Shown: positions 10,063 through 19,615, counted from the stretch's first letter. The stretch: DNA of 64,000 nt from Verrucomicrobiota bacterium (GCA_049510295.1 JBEKZC010000002.1:57797-121796), one strand, 5' to 3'. Made by a program: numbers and translations. Notes: generated from the letters alone by a model not told the origin.

Positions 10063-10095
10063 GTTGGGTGACAACCCTGTGACAATTGGGTGACG
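10063..10095 (-). promoter_or_regulatory. Pho-box-like array upstream of phoB (autoregulation)
   Basis: Minus strand CGTCACCCAAT|TGTCACAGGGT|TGTCACCCAAC: three direct repeats with 11-bp period. Confidence 0.75.
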
Positions 10096-10230
10096 AAGCG
10101 GGCGGCCGGGCTGGCGGTCTCCGGCCGGCTTTCCGGTGAACGCCAAAAATGGCCTCAGCAACACCTTGAAACAGCGACGGTCGCCGTTTTCCGCTTTCGC
10201 CCCCGCTTGAAATTTTGCTACGCTCGCGCC

Positions 10231-11652
10231 ATGCCACTTCCGGTCATCAGCATCGCCCAAATGCGCGAATGGGAACGTGCCACGTGGGAAACCGGCCAGA
10301 CCGAGGCTGAAGTCATCCATCGCGTTGGCGGAAAAATCGCGCAACGCGCGTTGCAACTCACGCGGCCCGGCGACGCGATTTTGATTCTCGCCGGCAAGGG
10401 CCACAACGGCGACGACGCCCGCGCCACGCGGGAATTTTTGACCGATCGTCGCATCGAAACGCTCGACGTTATTGCGCCCGAAAGCAATTTACCGGAACTT
10501 GAACAATCGCTGTCTCAAAAACCGGCGTTGATCATTGACGGCTTGTTCGGCATCGGGCTTGACCGGCCGCTGGCCGATGATTGGAAAAAATTCATCGAGA
10601 CTGTCAACCGGTCGGGAATTCCAGTTTTGGCGGTGGATGTGCCATCCGGGCTGAACGCCGACACCGGCGAAACCGCGTCGCCGGGCATGGCGATGGAAGC
10701 GGCGGTCACGTTGACCATCGGCGCGCCGAAAACCGGTTTGCTCGCGCACAACGCGTGGCTGTTTGTCGGCCGGCTCGAAGTCGTGGACGACGTGGGCCTG
10801 ATTCCGTGTCCGCATACGAGCGAGTTGAATTGGACATTGCCGGAAGATTTCATAAATTTTCCGCCACGCCGTTCCGCGGCCGGTCACAAGGGCACGTTTG
10901 GGCATTTGGGAATTATCGCGGGCAGTTTTGGCTTTCACGGCGCGGCGGTTTTGGCCGCGCGCGCCGCACAACGTGCGCAGCCCGGCCTGATCACTCTTTT
11001 TACCCAGGAATCCGTTTATCATGTGGTGGCGGCACAATTGCAGGCGGCAATGGTGAACTTGTGGACGCCGGATTTGAGGCTGCCCGACACGGTAAGCGCA
11101 GTTCTGGCTGGTCCCGGGCTGGCGGCGCCCGGTCTGGCTGACGTCATGTCCCCAACGACCACGCGGCGGATTTGGCGTGACTCGGTTTTGCCGGTGGTCG
11201 TGGACGCCAGCACCCTGGACTGGCTGCCGATGGGACCGTCGGCCAGAAATGCCATCCGCGTCCTCACGCCGCATCCCGGCGAAGCGGCGCGGTTGCTGAA
11301 TTCGACAAAGCAGCAAATCCAGGCGAACCGTCCGAAGGCGTTGCGCGAAATCTCGCGGCGGTTTGGCAATTGCTGGGTCGTGCTGAAGGGGCACCAGACG
11401 CTCGTGGGCCGGAACGACGGGGAAATTTTTGTGAACCCGTCCGGCAATCCGCATCTGGCGCAGGGTGGCAGTGGCGACGTGCTGGCGGGTTACATCGCGG
11501 GATTGCTCGCGCAACGGCCGTTGCTGGCCGACGTCGGCAAATTAATTCGTTTCGCCGTCTGGCAGCACGGCGCGGCGGCGGACGCGCTGCAAGCGAGCCG
11601 CGCAAACTGGGTCGTCGCAGATTTGATTGGTGAACTGGGGAACGCGCGCTGA
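10231..11652 (+). CDS. nnr: Bifunctional NAD(P)H-hydrate epimerase/dehydratase
   Basis: GKGHNGDD, DGLFGIG, AVDVPSG, HKGTFG, LTPHPGEAARL, GGSGDVLAG. Confidence 0.93.
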   Translation: MPLPVISIAQMREWERATWETGQTEAEVIHRVGGKIAQRALQLTRPGDAILILAGKGHNGDDARATREFLTDRRIETLDVIAPESNLPELEQSLSQKPALIIDGLFGIGLDRPLADDWKKFIETVNRSGIPVLAVDVPSGLNADTGETASPGMAMEAAVTLTIGAPKTGLLAHNAWLFVGRLEVVDDVGLIPCPHTSELNWTLPEDFINFPPRRSAAGHKGTFGHLGIIAGSFGFHGAAVLAARAAQRAQPGLITLFTQESVYHVVAAQLQAAMVNLWTPDLRLPDTVSAVLAGPGLAAPGLADVMSPTTTRRIWRDSVLPVVVDASTLDWLPMGPSARNAIRVLTPHPGEAARLLNSTKQQIQANRPKALREISRRFGNCWVVLKGHQTLVGRNDGEIFVNPSGNPHLAQGGSGDVLAGYIAGLLAQRPLLADVGKLIRFAVWQHGAAADALQASRANWVVADLIGELGNAR

Positions 11653-11693
11653 ATTTGCTTTCGCACTGCGCTTGCATTTGTTAAAAGTTTTTC

Positions 11694-12635
11694 GTGCGCA
11701 GAATCTTTTGGACAATTTTTGGTCTCTGGCTTTGCGGGCTGTTTGTCGCCGTTGGCGCGGACACGTTTCAATTGACCGACGGCACATCGCTGACCGGTGA
11801 CGTGATTTCGTATAACGACAACGGCGTCGTTTTCCGGCTGGAGGCGGACAAATACTCCCCACGCGTGCCGTGGACGAAATTTTCCCAGGACGCGCTCAAG
11901 CAACTGGCGAACAACCCGAAAATCCGGCTGCTGGCCGAGCCGTTCATTGAAACTGCGCCGGTGGTGGAGCGGACGAAAAAGACGGAGGTGAAGGTTCATG
12001 AAGTGTCGCGCCTGGAATTGCCGCCGAAACAATCCCTGTTCGGCGCCCTGTTTTCGTCGTCAGTCGGGCTGGTCGCGCTGATGCTGATTTACGCGGCGAA
12101 CATTTTTGCGGGCTATGAGATTGCCGTGGTGAGGTCGCGGCCGATTGCGCAGGTAATGGGCGTGGCGGTGGTGCTGCCGATTTTGGGGCCGATTATTTTT
12201 CTCGCGCTGCCCGTGCGCGTTGAACCCTCCAAGACGGCTGCGCCGCGACCCGAAGCCGCTCCGCACACTTTTGCCGTGCCGGGCGCCGCCCAGCCTGTGG
12301 CGGCTGGAATTCACATCGTTGAGGCTTCATGGCAGAAGGAGGCGCCGGCCGCTGAGCCCGGCGCGCCGCAGATTTTTCAGCGCGGACAATTCACGTTTAA
12401 CCGCCGTTTTTTTGAGACGAAGTTTTCCGGTTTCTTCAGCATGATCCGGCGCGAATCTGAAAAAAATCTGATGCTGACCGTGAAAACGGGGCGCGCGCTG
12501 TTCGTTGTCGAGCGCATCACGCGCATCGCCACCAATGAAATGCATGTGGAAGTCGCCCGCGGCGCGGCAAAACAGGAAATCATGGTGCCGTTCGCTGAAA
12601 TCGTGGAGGTTCAACTCAAACCCAAAGACGCGTGA
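11694..12635 (+). CDS. Hypothetical exported/membrane protein
   Basis: Signal-like N-terminus, two central TM helices, Pro/Ala linker. Confidence 0.7.
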   Translation: MRRIFWTIFGLWLCGLFVAVGADTFQLTDGTSLTGDVISYNDNGVVFRLEADKYSPRVPWTKFSQDALKQLANNPKIRLLAEPFIETAPVVERTKKTEVKVHEVSRLELPPKQSLFGALFSSSVGLVALMLIYAANIFAGYEIAVVRSRPIAQVMGVAVVLPILGPIIFLALPVRVEPSKTAAPRPEAAPHTFAVPGAAQPVAAGIHIVEASWQKEAPAAEPGAPQIFQRGQFTFNRRFFETKFSGFFSMIRRESEKNLMLTVKTGRALFVVERITRIATNEMHVEVARGAAKQEIMVPFAEIVEVQLKPKDA

Positions 12636-12753
12636 AATTAGCGCCGGCCAAACGCCGGCCAAGGTCCTCGCCGGCATTTTGCGCATGGCCGTCCAACATT
12701 GATCGCTCGACTTTTTCCTTTCGCCCGCGCGCAATTTCCCTTTCGCTGTCCGC

Positions 12754-13737
12754 ATGACGGCGTTGCGAATCATCTTCATGGGCACGGCGGAATTGTCCTG
12801 CGCCAGCCTCCAGGTGTTGGCGGGCAATCCACAATTTCAAATCGCCGCCGTCGTCACGCAGCCCGACCGGCCCAAAGGCCGCGATCTCAAACTGCAACCG
12901 TCACCCGGCAAATCGCTGGCGCGGCGACTCAATCTGCCCGTGCTCCAGCCCGAACGCGTCCGCGACGAAAAATTCATCGCCGAATTTCGCTCCTTGCAGC
13001 CCGACCTTGTCGTCGTCGTGGCCTATGGACAGATTTTGCCGCCCGCCATTCTGGATTTGCCGCGCCATGGTTGTCTGAACATCCACGCGTCGCTGCTGCC
13101 CAAATATCGCGGCCCGGCGCCGATTCAATGGGCGATTGCCAATGCTGATACTGAAACCGGCGTCACGCTCATGCGCATCGACGCCGGACTCGATACCGGC
13201 GACATTGTCGCGCAACGGCGCACGCCCATCCGTCCGGAAGATGACTCGGCCACGCTGCACGACCGGTTGGCGCAACTCGGCGCGGAACTGCTCGTGCAGA
13301 CCATTCCCGATTATGTCGCCGGAAAAATCCAACCGACTCCGCAATCCGCCGCCGGCGCGAGCTACGCGGCAAAAATCAAAAAGGAAGACGGTCACATTGA
13401 TTGGAACCAGCCGGCACAAACCATCTGGAACCGGCTGCGCGCCTTCACGCCCTGGCCCGGCGCCTTCACGTTTTTGAAAGCGCAACCCAAGTCACAGTTG
13501 ATCAAAATCTGGAAGGCTGAAGTGGTTGAAAAGTCCGGTGGAGCAGCTTGCCGGGCCGAAGCTTCGGAGCGAAGGCCGGGGGAGATTTTATCGGCGGACA
13601 AAACTGGCATTATCGTTGCCTGCGGACAACACGCGCTGCGGATTTTGGAATTACAGCGTGAAGGCAGCAGGCGGCTGACCGCGGCGGAATTTCTTGCGGG
13701 TCATCCGATGAAGGTTGGTGAGAACTTTTTGGTGTAG
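12754..13737 (+). CDS. fmt: Methionyl-tRNA formyltransferase (carries an in-frame repeat insertion)
   Basis: IIFMGT, VVTQPDRPKGR, NIHASLLPKYRGPAPIQWAI, LDTGD. Confidence 0.97.
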   Translation: MTALRIIFMGTAELSCASLQVLAGNPQFQIAAVVTQPDRPKGRDLKLQPSPGKSLARRLNLPVLQPERVRDEKFIAEFRSLQPDLVVVVAYGQILPPAILDLPRHGCLNIHASLLPKYRGPAPIQWAIANADTETGVTLMRIDAGLDTGDIVAQRRTPIRPEDDSATLHDRLAQLGAELLVQTIPDYVAGKIQPTPQSAAGASYAAKIKKEDGHIDWNQPAQTIWNRLRAFTPWPGAFTFLKAQPKSQLIKIWKAEVVEKSGGAACRAEASERRPGEILSADKTGIIVACGQHALRILELQREGSRRLTAAEFLAGHPMKVGENFLV

Positions 13738-13864
13738 CACCCGCCTCCGGCGGGTTCGATTCGGCGTCCCGCCGAATTGTTTCCCAAAAAACTCCAAAGC
13801 TGATTGTTGTTGGAAAGAGAATCGGGCGTGACGCCCGATTCGACCCGCGAGACGCGGGTGCTAC
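13734..13864. repeat. GTAG-type REP doublet between convergent fmt and arsC
   Basis: GTAGCACCCGC...GCGGGTGCTAC inverted ends; each GTAG supplies the TAG stop of one flanking gene. Confidence 0.75.
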
Positions 13865-14298
13865 CGCAGAACAACTCCATCACGCAATCCTGCCGCGTAG
13901 ACTTCAAACACGTGCCGCATTTCATCGCGGACACTGCGGAAACAGGCGAGGATTTCCTCTTCATTGCCGGCGGCTTTGGCCGGGTCAACGAACGGCCAGT
14001 GATGGCGGTTCACCTGGCCGGGAAAAATCGGGCACGCCTGGTCCGCGTTGTCGCAAACGGTAATGACGGTGTGTACCGGCTGAGCCAAAAATTCCTTCAG
14101 GTGTTTCGAGCGATGGCCGGAAATGTCAATGCCCACCCCGGCCATGACCTTGATGGCCAGTGGATGAACGTGGCCGGTTGGATTCGAGCCGGCGCTTTGA
14201 ACATTCACCAGGTCGCCTGCCGCCGCGCGCAAAAATCCCTCAGCCATGTGACTACGACACGAATTGCCGGTGCAGAGAATGAGGACAATGGGCTTCAT
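13861..14298 (-). CDS. arsC: Arsenate reductase (thioredoxin-coupled, LMW-PTP fold)
   Basis: CTGNSCRS P-loop, VITVCDNADQACP, HWPFVDP. Confidence 0.93.
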   Translation of the reverse strand: MKPIVLILCTGNSCRSHMAEGFLRAAAGDLVNVQSAGSNPTGHVHPLAIKVMAGVGIDISGHRSKHLKEFLAQPVHTVITVCDNADQACPIFPGQVNRHHWPFVDPAKAAGNEEEILACFRSVRDEMRHVFEVYAAGLRDGVVLR

Positions 14299-14409
14299 AA
14301 TCTTGGAAAACATCGAACACCCAACAACGAACATCCAACATCCAATGTTGGCGCGGTGTCCGCATTGGATGTTGGGCGTTGGATGTTCGATGTTGGACGT
14401 TTCATCTGG

Positions 14410-15480
14410 TCATTGCCCGCGCTGATACCACCCACGCGATTGGTTGCAGATTTTGCAGACGGAGAGCATAACCGGCACCTCGACCAGCACGCCGACGACC
14501 GTGGCCAATGCCGCGCCGGAACCGGGCCCGAACAAAGTGATGGCCACCGCCACCGCCAGCTCGAAGAAATTGCTCGCGCCTATAAGTGCGCCGGGCGAGG
14601 CGACGTTGTGCGGCACGCGCAACCGTCGCATCAGCAGGTAGGCGAGCGTGGAATTGAAATAAACCTGGATGACAATCGGCACGGCCAGCAGCAGCACCGC
14701 CAGCCAGCGCGTGGTGAGATTTTCCGCCTGGAAGGCGAAGATGAGCACCAACGTCAACAGCAGCGCCGCGATGGTCACCGGATGAAATTTCGGCAGAAAA
14801 TCTCGTTCAAACCAATCCTTGCCATGCGATTTCAACAGTGCGGTGCGCGTCAGCCATCCCGCCGCCAGCGGAATCACGATGAACACCACGACCGACGTGA
14901 TGAGCACTTTCGAGGGCACGATCACATTGGCGACGCCGCACAGGAACATCACGATGGGTGCGAAAGCGATGAGCATGATGAGGTCATTCACGGCCACTTG
15001 CACGAGCGTATAGACGGGATCGCCGTCGGTGAGATAACTCCAAACGAAGACCATCGCGGTGCAGGGCGCGGCGGCGAGGATGATGAGGCCGGCCGTGTAA
15101 TTTTTGGCTGTCTCCGGCTCGATCCATGCGGCGAAAATGTGTTGCATGAACAGCCACGCCAGGAATGCCATGCTGAATGGCTTGACCAGCCAGTTGACGA
15201 ATAGCGTTACTACGAGGCCCTTGGGTTTGCGCGCGATGCCGCCCAGCGCGATGAAATCCACCTTGAGCATCATCGGATAAATCATCAGCCAGATGAGCAC
15301 GGCGATGGGGACGTTCACCTGCGAGCCGCGGCCGAATTGAAGTTGACTCAACGTGGTGGTGAATTCCGGCGCGAGTTTGCCGAGCAGAACGCCGGCGACC
15401 ATGCACAGGAAAACCCAGACAGTCAGGTAACGCTCGAAGAACGCCAGGCGTTTTGGGGTGGTGGAATTTTCGTTGCTCAT
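14410..15480 (-). CDS. acr3: Acr3-family arsenite efflux transporter
   Basis: FERYLTVWV, MIYPMM, NWLVKPF, APCTAMVFVW, GASNFFELAVA, GVLVEVPVML. Confidence 0.95.
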   Translation of the reverse strand: MSNENSTTPKRLAFFERYLTVWVFLCMVAGVLLGKLAPEFTTTLSQLQFGRGSQVNVPIAVLIWLMIYPMMLKVDFIALGGIARKPKGLVVTLFVNWLVKPFSMAFLAWLFMQHIFAAWIEPETAKNYTAGLIILAAAPCTAMVFVWSYLTDGDPVYTLVQVAVNDLIMLIAFAPIVMFLCGVANVIVPSKVLITSVVVFIVIPLAAGWLTRTALLKSHGKDWFERDFLPKFHPVTIAALLLTLVLIFAFQAENLTTRWLAVLLLAVPIVIQVYFNSTLAYLLMRRLRVPHNVASPGALIGASNFFELAVAVAITLFGPGSGAALATVVGVLVEVPVMLSVCKICNQSRGWYQRGQ

Positions 15481-15505
15481 GGTTTCAAAGATTGGTTCTG
15501 ACTTA

Positions 15506-16192
15506 TCACGCGCTCCACAGCAGATACAAGCCGGCAATCAACACCAGCGCACCGCAGATGCATTTTACAATGGTCACGCCGCGGGATTGCTCGTTCCAGT
15601 TCAGGAAGCGCTGCACCCGTTCGGTGGACGTGCCGGCCGCAACAATCACGGCGCAATGTCCGACACCGTAAGCCAGCAGCAGTGACGCGCCGTAAAACGG
15701 AGCCGTCTTCGCCAGCTTGAAGGTCACGGCCAGCATCGGCGCCATGTAGGCGAACATGCAGGGACCGAGGGCAACGCCGAACACCAGACCAAGGATGAAC
15801 GCCGCCAGGAATCCCTTGCGCTTCATGCCGACCTGCCCCGGCCCGGAGAAAGGCATGGGAATCACACCCAGCAAATGCAATCCCACCGCGAAGAAGATGA
15901 GCGCGACAAAATAATTTCCCCAACGTCCCACGTCGCCCAGCATCCGGCCCGCCATGGCGGTGATGGCGCCGATGGTGATGAGAATACCCACCGCGAAGAG
16001 CGTCGCGATGCCCGCTGCGCGGGCGGTGGAAACGCGTCCTTGTCCGCTGATGAAGCCCACAATAAGCGGGATACTCGCCAGGTGACAGGGACTGAGAATG
16101 ATGCTCAGGATGCCCCACACGATGGCGGCCGTCAGCGCAATCAGTGGTGCGCCTTCAACGGCGTGATTCAGGTTGGTGAAGAGTTGTTCCAT
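15506..16192 (-). CDS. CcdA/DsbD-beta transmembrane disulfide-exchange protein
   Basis: LSPCHL and LGPC redox cysteine motifs, six TM helices. Confidence 0.88.
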   Translation of the reverse strand: MEQLFTNLNHAVEGAPLIALTAAIVWGILSIILSPCHLASIPLIVGFISGQGRVSTARAAGIATLFAVGILITIGAITAMAGRMLGDVGRWGNYFVALIFFAVGLHLLGVIPMPFSGPGQVGMKRKGFLAAFILGLVFGVALGPCMFAYMAPMLAVTFKLAKTAPFYGASLLLAYGVGHCAVIVAAGTSTERVQRFLNWNEQSRGVTIVKCICGALVLIAGLYLLWSA

Positions 16193-16195
16193 GTC

Positions 16196-16666
16196 TCACT
16201 TCAACTCCACGCCCAGCTCCTTCCACTTGCCGAGGATGTCTTCCTTGCCGAAGAAACCGATGTGGCGGAACAATTCCTTGCCGGTGGTGTCGTAAAAAAT
16301 CTGCGTCGGAATCACCTCAATCCCGTATTGCTTGCCAGCATCGGGATTTTTCCACACGTCAATGAATTCAACCTCCAGTTTGCCGGAGTATTCCTTTTTC
16401 AACTTGTCCAGCACCGGGAACATCATTTTGCACGGAATGCATTTTCCGGCACCGAGATCGAGCAGCTTGGGCAGCGATTTCTTTTCCGGTTGGGTTGCTG
16501 GAGCATTGGTCGGGGCATGGCTGGAGATGGCCGCCAGGTTGGTGAGGGGTAGGCAACACGCGCCCGTGCCGCCGGTGGCGGGGCGATTGGTTTGTGCAAT
16601 GGCCAGCGCGGCTCCGATGCTGACCAGAAGCACCGTCGCTAGACTGAATCTTGGATTCTTGTTCAT
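16196..16666 (-). CDS. Exported thioredoxin-family protein
   Basis: Signal peptide (ALAIA-Q), CIPC motif, IPTQIF. Confidence 0.85.
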   Translation of the reverse strand: MNKNPRFSLATVLLVSIGAALAIAQTNRPATGGTGACCLPLTNLAAISSHAPTNAPATQPEKKSLPKLLDLGAGKCIPCKMMFPVLDKLKKEYSGKLEVEFIDVWKNPDAGKQYGIEVIPTQIFYDTTGKELFRHIGFFGKEDILGKWKELGVELK

Positions 16667-16689
16667 AAAAGTTCTGTTGTTGATTTTGT

Positions 16690-16932
16690 TCACTTGTCAG
16701 TTTGCTGAAGCATGGTTTTGATTTCATCCACGGCTGGCACTTTGCCGCTGACCTTCACCTAGCCGTCCACCACGAGCGCGGGCGTTGTCATCACGCCGAA
16801 GCTCATAATGCGTTGCAAGTCCGTGATCTTTTCGAGTTCGTATTGCAGGCCGAGCGATTGCGCGGCTTGTTCCGTTACTTCATAAAGTTTGGTGCATTTC
16901 GCACAGCCGGTTCCCAAAATAAGCAGTCGCAT
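16690..16932 (-). pseudogene. Small redox-active disulfide protein (thioredoxin-like) with an in-frame TAG
   Basis: Not in the ORF track. Reads MRLLILGTGCAKCTKLY...GVMTTPALVVDG*VKVSGKVPAVDEIKTMLQQTDK; TAG at 16759-16761. Confidence 0.85.
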
Positions 16933-16953
16933 GGTTCTTTCAGATTTCGGATT

Positions 16954-17808
16954 TTACTTCCGCGCCTGCACTTCCAAACTGGTGATGTATTCGTAGGGTT
17001 TGGTTCCCGCCGGCAGATGCTCCACAATTTTCCGGTAGAGCGGGTCTTCGAAGCTATCCATGGCTTCGACGTAGCCGGGTTTGGACTTGAGAACGATGTC
17101 CGCCAGTCCGGCTTCGCGGGCCATGCGTTCGGTGTCGCTCACGAGCGCCGCGCCGGCGATACAACCCACGAGCGCCTCGACCATTTTGAGCACTTCCGAT
17201 GGCAACGGTTTGAGCAGCGCCATGTCCGAAACGGCCACGCGCCCGCCCGGTTTGAGCACACGGGCCATTTCCCGCCACACCTGCGGTTTGTCCGGCGAAA
17301 GATTGATGACACAATTCGAGATGATTGCGTCCACGCTGTTGTCTGCCACGGGCAGATGCTCAATTTCACCGAGACGAAATTCCACGTTGTCCAGGCCGGT
17401 CTGCTGGCGATAACCCGCCGTGTTGCGCCGCGCCTTGGCCAGCATTTCCGGCGTCATGTCCACGCCGATGGCGCGGCCCGTGGCGCCGACCTTGCAGCCG
17501 GCGATGAATACATCAAAGCCGCCGCCGCTGCCGAGATCGAGCACGACTTCACCGGGTTTCAACGCGGCCAGCGCGGCGGGGTTGCCGCACGATAGCCCCA
17601 TGTTCGCGCCTTCGGGGAGGGCCTTGAGTTCCTCGACCGAGTAACCGAGTTCGCGGGCGAGCTTGTCGGCGTCCTGCGGCGCAGAACCGCAGCACGAGAC
17701 GCCCGGTTCGCAGCAACAGGCGGAGGTGTCCTGGGCGATTTTGGCGTAACCTTCGCGCACCATCCGGCGCACGGCTTCGTTCTTATCTTCGATTAATGTC
17801 GTGTTCAT
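16954..17808 (-). CDS. arsM: Arsenite S-adenosylmethionine methyltransferase
   Basis: GLSCGNP, LDLGSGGG, ISNCVINL, GCIAGA, Cys-rich N-terminus. Confidence 0.93.
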   Translation of the reverse strand: MNTTLIEDKNEAVRRMVREGYAKIAQDTSACCCEPGVSCCGSAPQDADKLARELGYSVEELKALPEGANMGLSCGNPAALAALKPGEVVLDLGSGGGFDVFIAGCKVGATGRAIGVDMTPEMLAKARRNTAGYRQQTGLDNVEFRLGEIEHLPVADNSVDAIISNCVINLSPDKPQVWREMARVLKPGGRVAVSDMALLKPLPSEVLKMVEALVGCIAGAALVSDTERMAREAGLADIVLKSKPGYVEAMDSFEDPLYRKIVEHLPAGTKPYEYITSLEVQARK

Positions 17809-17815
17809 AAATTTT

Positions 17816-18190
17816 TCAGCATCCCCGCCGGCGGCATTGGCGGCGGCAAATGGTTTTCAAATTCATTTTCAAAATGGCATTCAGACGTTTGGCATCGGCC
17901 TTGGTCTCATCCGTTCGGGCGAGCGATTTGTTCACCCAATCCAGCGCTTTGCGGACCGCCGTCGGCACCGGCCGGTCGGGCAGACGGTAATGAACCCAGC
18001 GCTCGGTCTTGCGGGACTGAATCAGGCCCGCGTGATGGAGGATGGAGAGGTGCTTGGACATGGTGGACGGTGCGAAGCCGAACAGTTCCGTGATCTGGCA
18101 GACGCACAATTCCCGGCGCCGCAGCGCCAGGAGAATCCGCACGCGGCCGGGGTCGGACAACGCCTTGGTGATGGCCATGAATTCGCGCAT
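17816..18190 (-). CDS. arsR: ArsR/SmtB transcriptional repressor
   Basis: KALSDPGRVRIL, ELCVCQI, SKHLSIL; heads the ars operon. Confidence 0.92.
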   Translation of the reverse strand: MREFMAITKALSDPGRVRILLALRRRELCVCQITELFGFAPSTMSKHLSILHHAGLIQSRKTERWVHYRLPDRPVPTAVRKALDWVNKSLARTDETKADAKRLNAILKMNLKTICRRQCRRRGC

Positions 18191-18276
18191 AAATTGTTAT
18201 TTCGTCAAATAACGAAATAATTATCACTCGGACGGTGTTCCTGGTCAAGCGATTTTATTCAGCGCTTCCCGGGACG

Positions 18277-18410
18277 GCGTCCCGAACCAGCGCGAAGCTG
18301 CGGAAACAGTCTGGCACTTCAACTTCCGTGCCGGGCGCCCTGCCCGGATCGTCAAAGGACTGGTGATGCCGATTCATCTGGCTGGGAAAGATCAGACGCA
18401 CACTGATTCC
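18277..18410 (-). pseudogene. Degenerate arsC C-terminal fragment
   Basis: Reads LIFPSQMNRHHQSFDDPGRAPGTEVEVPDCFRS, aligning with ArsC PIFPGQVNRHHWPFVDPAKAAGNEEEILACFRS. Confidence 0.7.
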
Positions 18411-18664
18411 AGCCGTGCTGTGAAAATTGTCCTGTCACGTTTTGGTGACGCACCCGGTTGAGATGTCACCTGCCTGAAACATTGCGCTCAAAAACCTTTT
18501 GTAACGGGGCGGCTTGAACTTTCAAGATGGTGTAATCACCCGGCACGAAACTGAGTGCGGCTGGCCGGTTTATGGAAGTTGGTTGGGTGAAATATCTTTA
18601 ATATGTCGGCGTTAAGAAGGTTGAAAATTTAAACCGTTAACCGTTTAAAATTTAAAAAAATCAT

Positions 18665-19615
18665 ATGCTAAACAAAAAGGTCGGACTCATTGCTTTGCTC
18701 ACAAGTGTTGCCGCCAGCGGAGTCTGGGCAGGCACAATTACCAATTATGCGGTTGGGGATGTGTTGATATGCTTTCGAAAGGGAGGTAATGACATGGTCG
18801 TTGACGCGGGTCAGATTTCCACCCTCACCAATGCGACCCCCAATCAAAGGATCCCCATCACCCAATACACCGGCACTCAACTCGCCGCTGTTGGCACCAA
18901 CGGCGTCAGTTGGTCGGCCTTCACCTGGTTGAGTGACAACACGCTGTTTGTGACCGAGGCCCGGACTTCCCTGAACAGCCAGACCGCCCCGTGGATAGCC
19001 CAACGAGCCAGTGTCCAGTTTGGCACTGTCGCGTGCATGGTGACAATTCCGCCCGGTGCGCTGGATCAATTGCACCTCAATATATATCCCGTTAGCACGC
19101 CAAGCGCCGTGGTCGAGCAGGACAGCAGTGATGGCAACGCCAATTATCCGGACGGTACCAGTTATGGCGATGCCCTGACTGGCGGGTATGGCGGCAATTT
19201 CGACGGCACTTTTGCGGGCAATCCGGAGAATACCACGCTCAATACTTTCACTACTGCGGGAGCGGTGGTTCGCTCTGATTTTTATCAGTTGACGCCCACC
19301 ACCGCTTATGGGCAGAAGGGGACATGGCTGGGCTATTTTGAACTGTCAACCAATGGCGCGATGACCTATGTGGCGTATCCGAGCACGCCGGCTGTCCTGG
19401 CTTCCATCACCCGTTCGGGTTCTTTGACCACCATCCAATACACGGCCGGTCTCTATGGCACTTATACCCTTCGGGGAACCAACAGCCTGACTTCCGGAAC
19501 GCCTATGACCAACTGGCCGGCCATTGCCACCCTGACGAGTGGTGATACTGCAACCCACACCATAACAGATACAACCACGGACAATGTCAGATTCTACACC
19601 ATCACCGCCCAATAA
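18665..19615 (+). CDS. Secreted Thr/Gly/Ser-rich protein with a C-terminal 'RFY' domain
   Basis: Signal peptide (VWA-G), extracellular composition, tail YTLRGTNSL...NW...RFYTITAQ. Confidence 0.8.
   Translation: MLNKKVGLIALLTSVAASGVWAGTITNYAVGDVLICFRKGGNDMVVDAGQISTLTNATPNQRIPITQYTGTQLAAVGTNGVSWSAFTWLSDNTLFVTEARTSLNSQTAPWIAQRASVQFGTVACMVTIPPGALDQLHLNIYPVSTPSAVVEQDSSDGNANYPDGTSYGDALTGGYGGNFDGTFAGNPENTTLNTFTTAGAVVRSDFYQLTPTTAYGQKGTWLGYFELSTNGAMTYVAYPSTPAVLASITRSGSLTTIQYTAGLYGTYTLRGTNSLTSGTPMTNWPAIATLTSGDTATHTITDTTTDNVRFYTITAQ

Noticed and set aside
1329-15204. Long antisense ORFs (1329-2369, 4088-5524, 8107-9531, 10489-11514, 13804-15204)
   Set aside because: Shadow frames opposite clearly identified genes in high-GC DNA; no recognisable motifs
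18420-18545. Scattered TGTCAC/TGTAAC half-sites upstream of the secreted-protein pair
   Set aside because: Only one weak 11-bp pair (TGTCAC/TGAAAC); plausible but too degenerate to call
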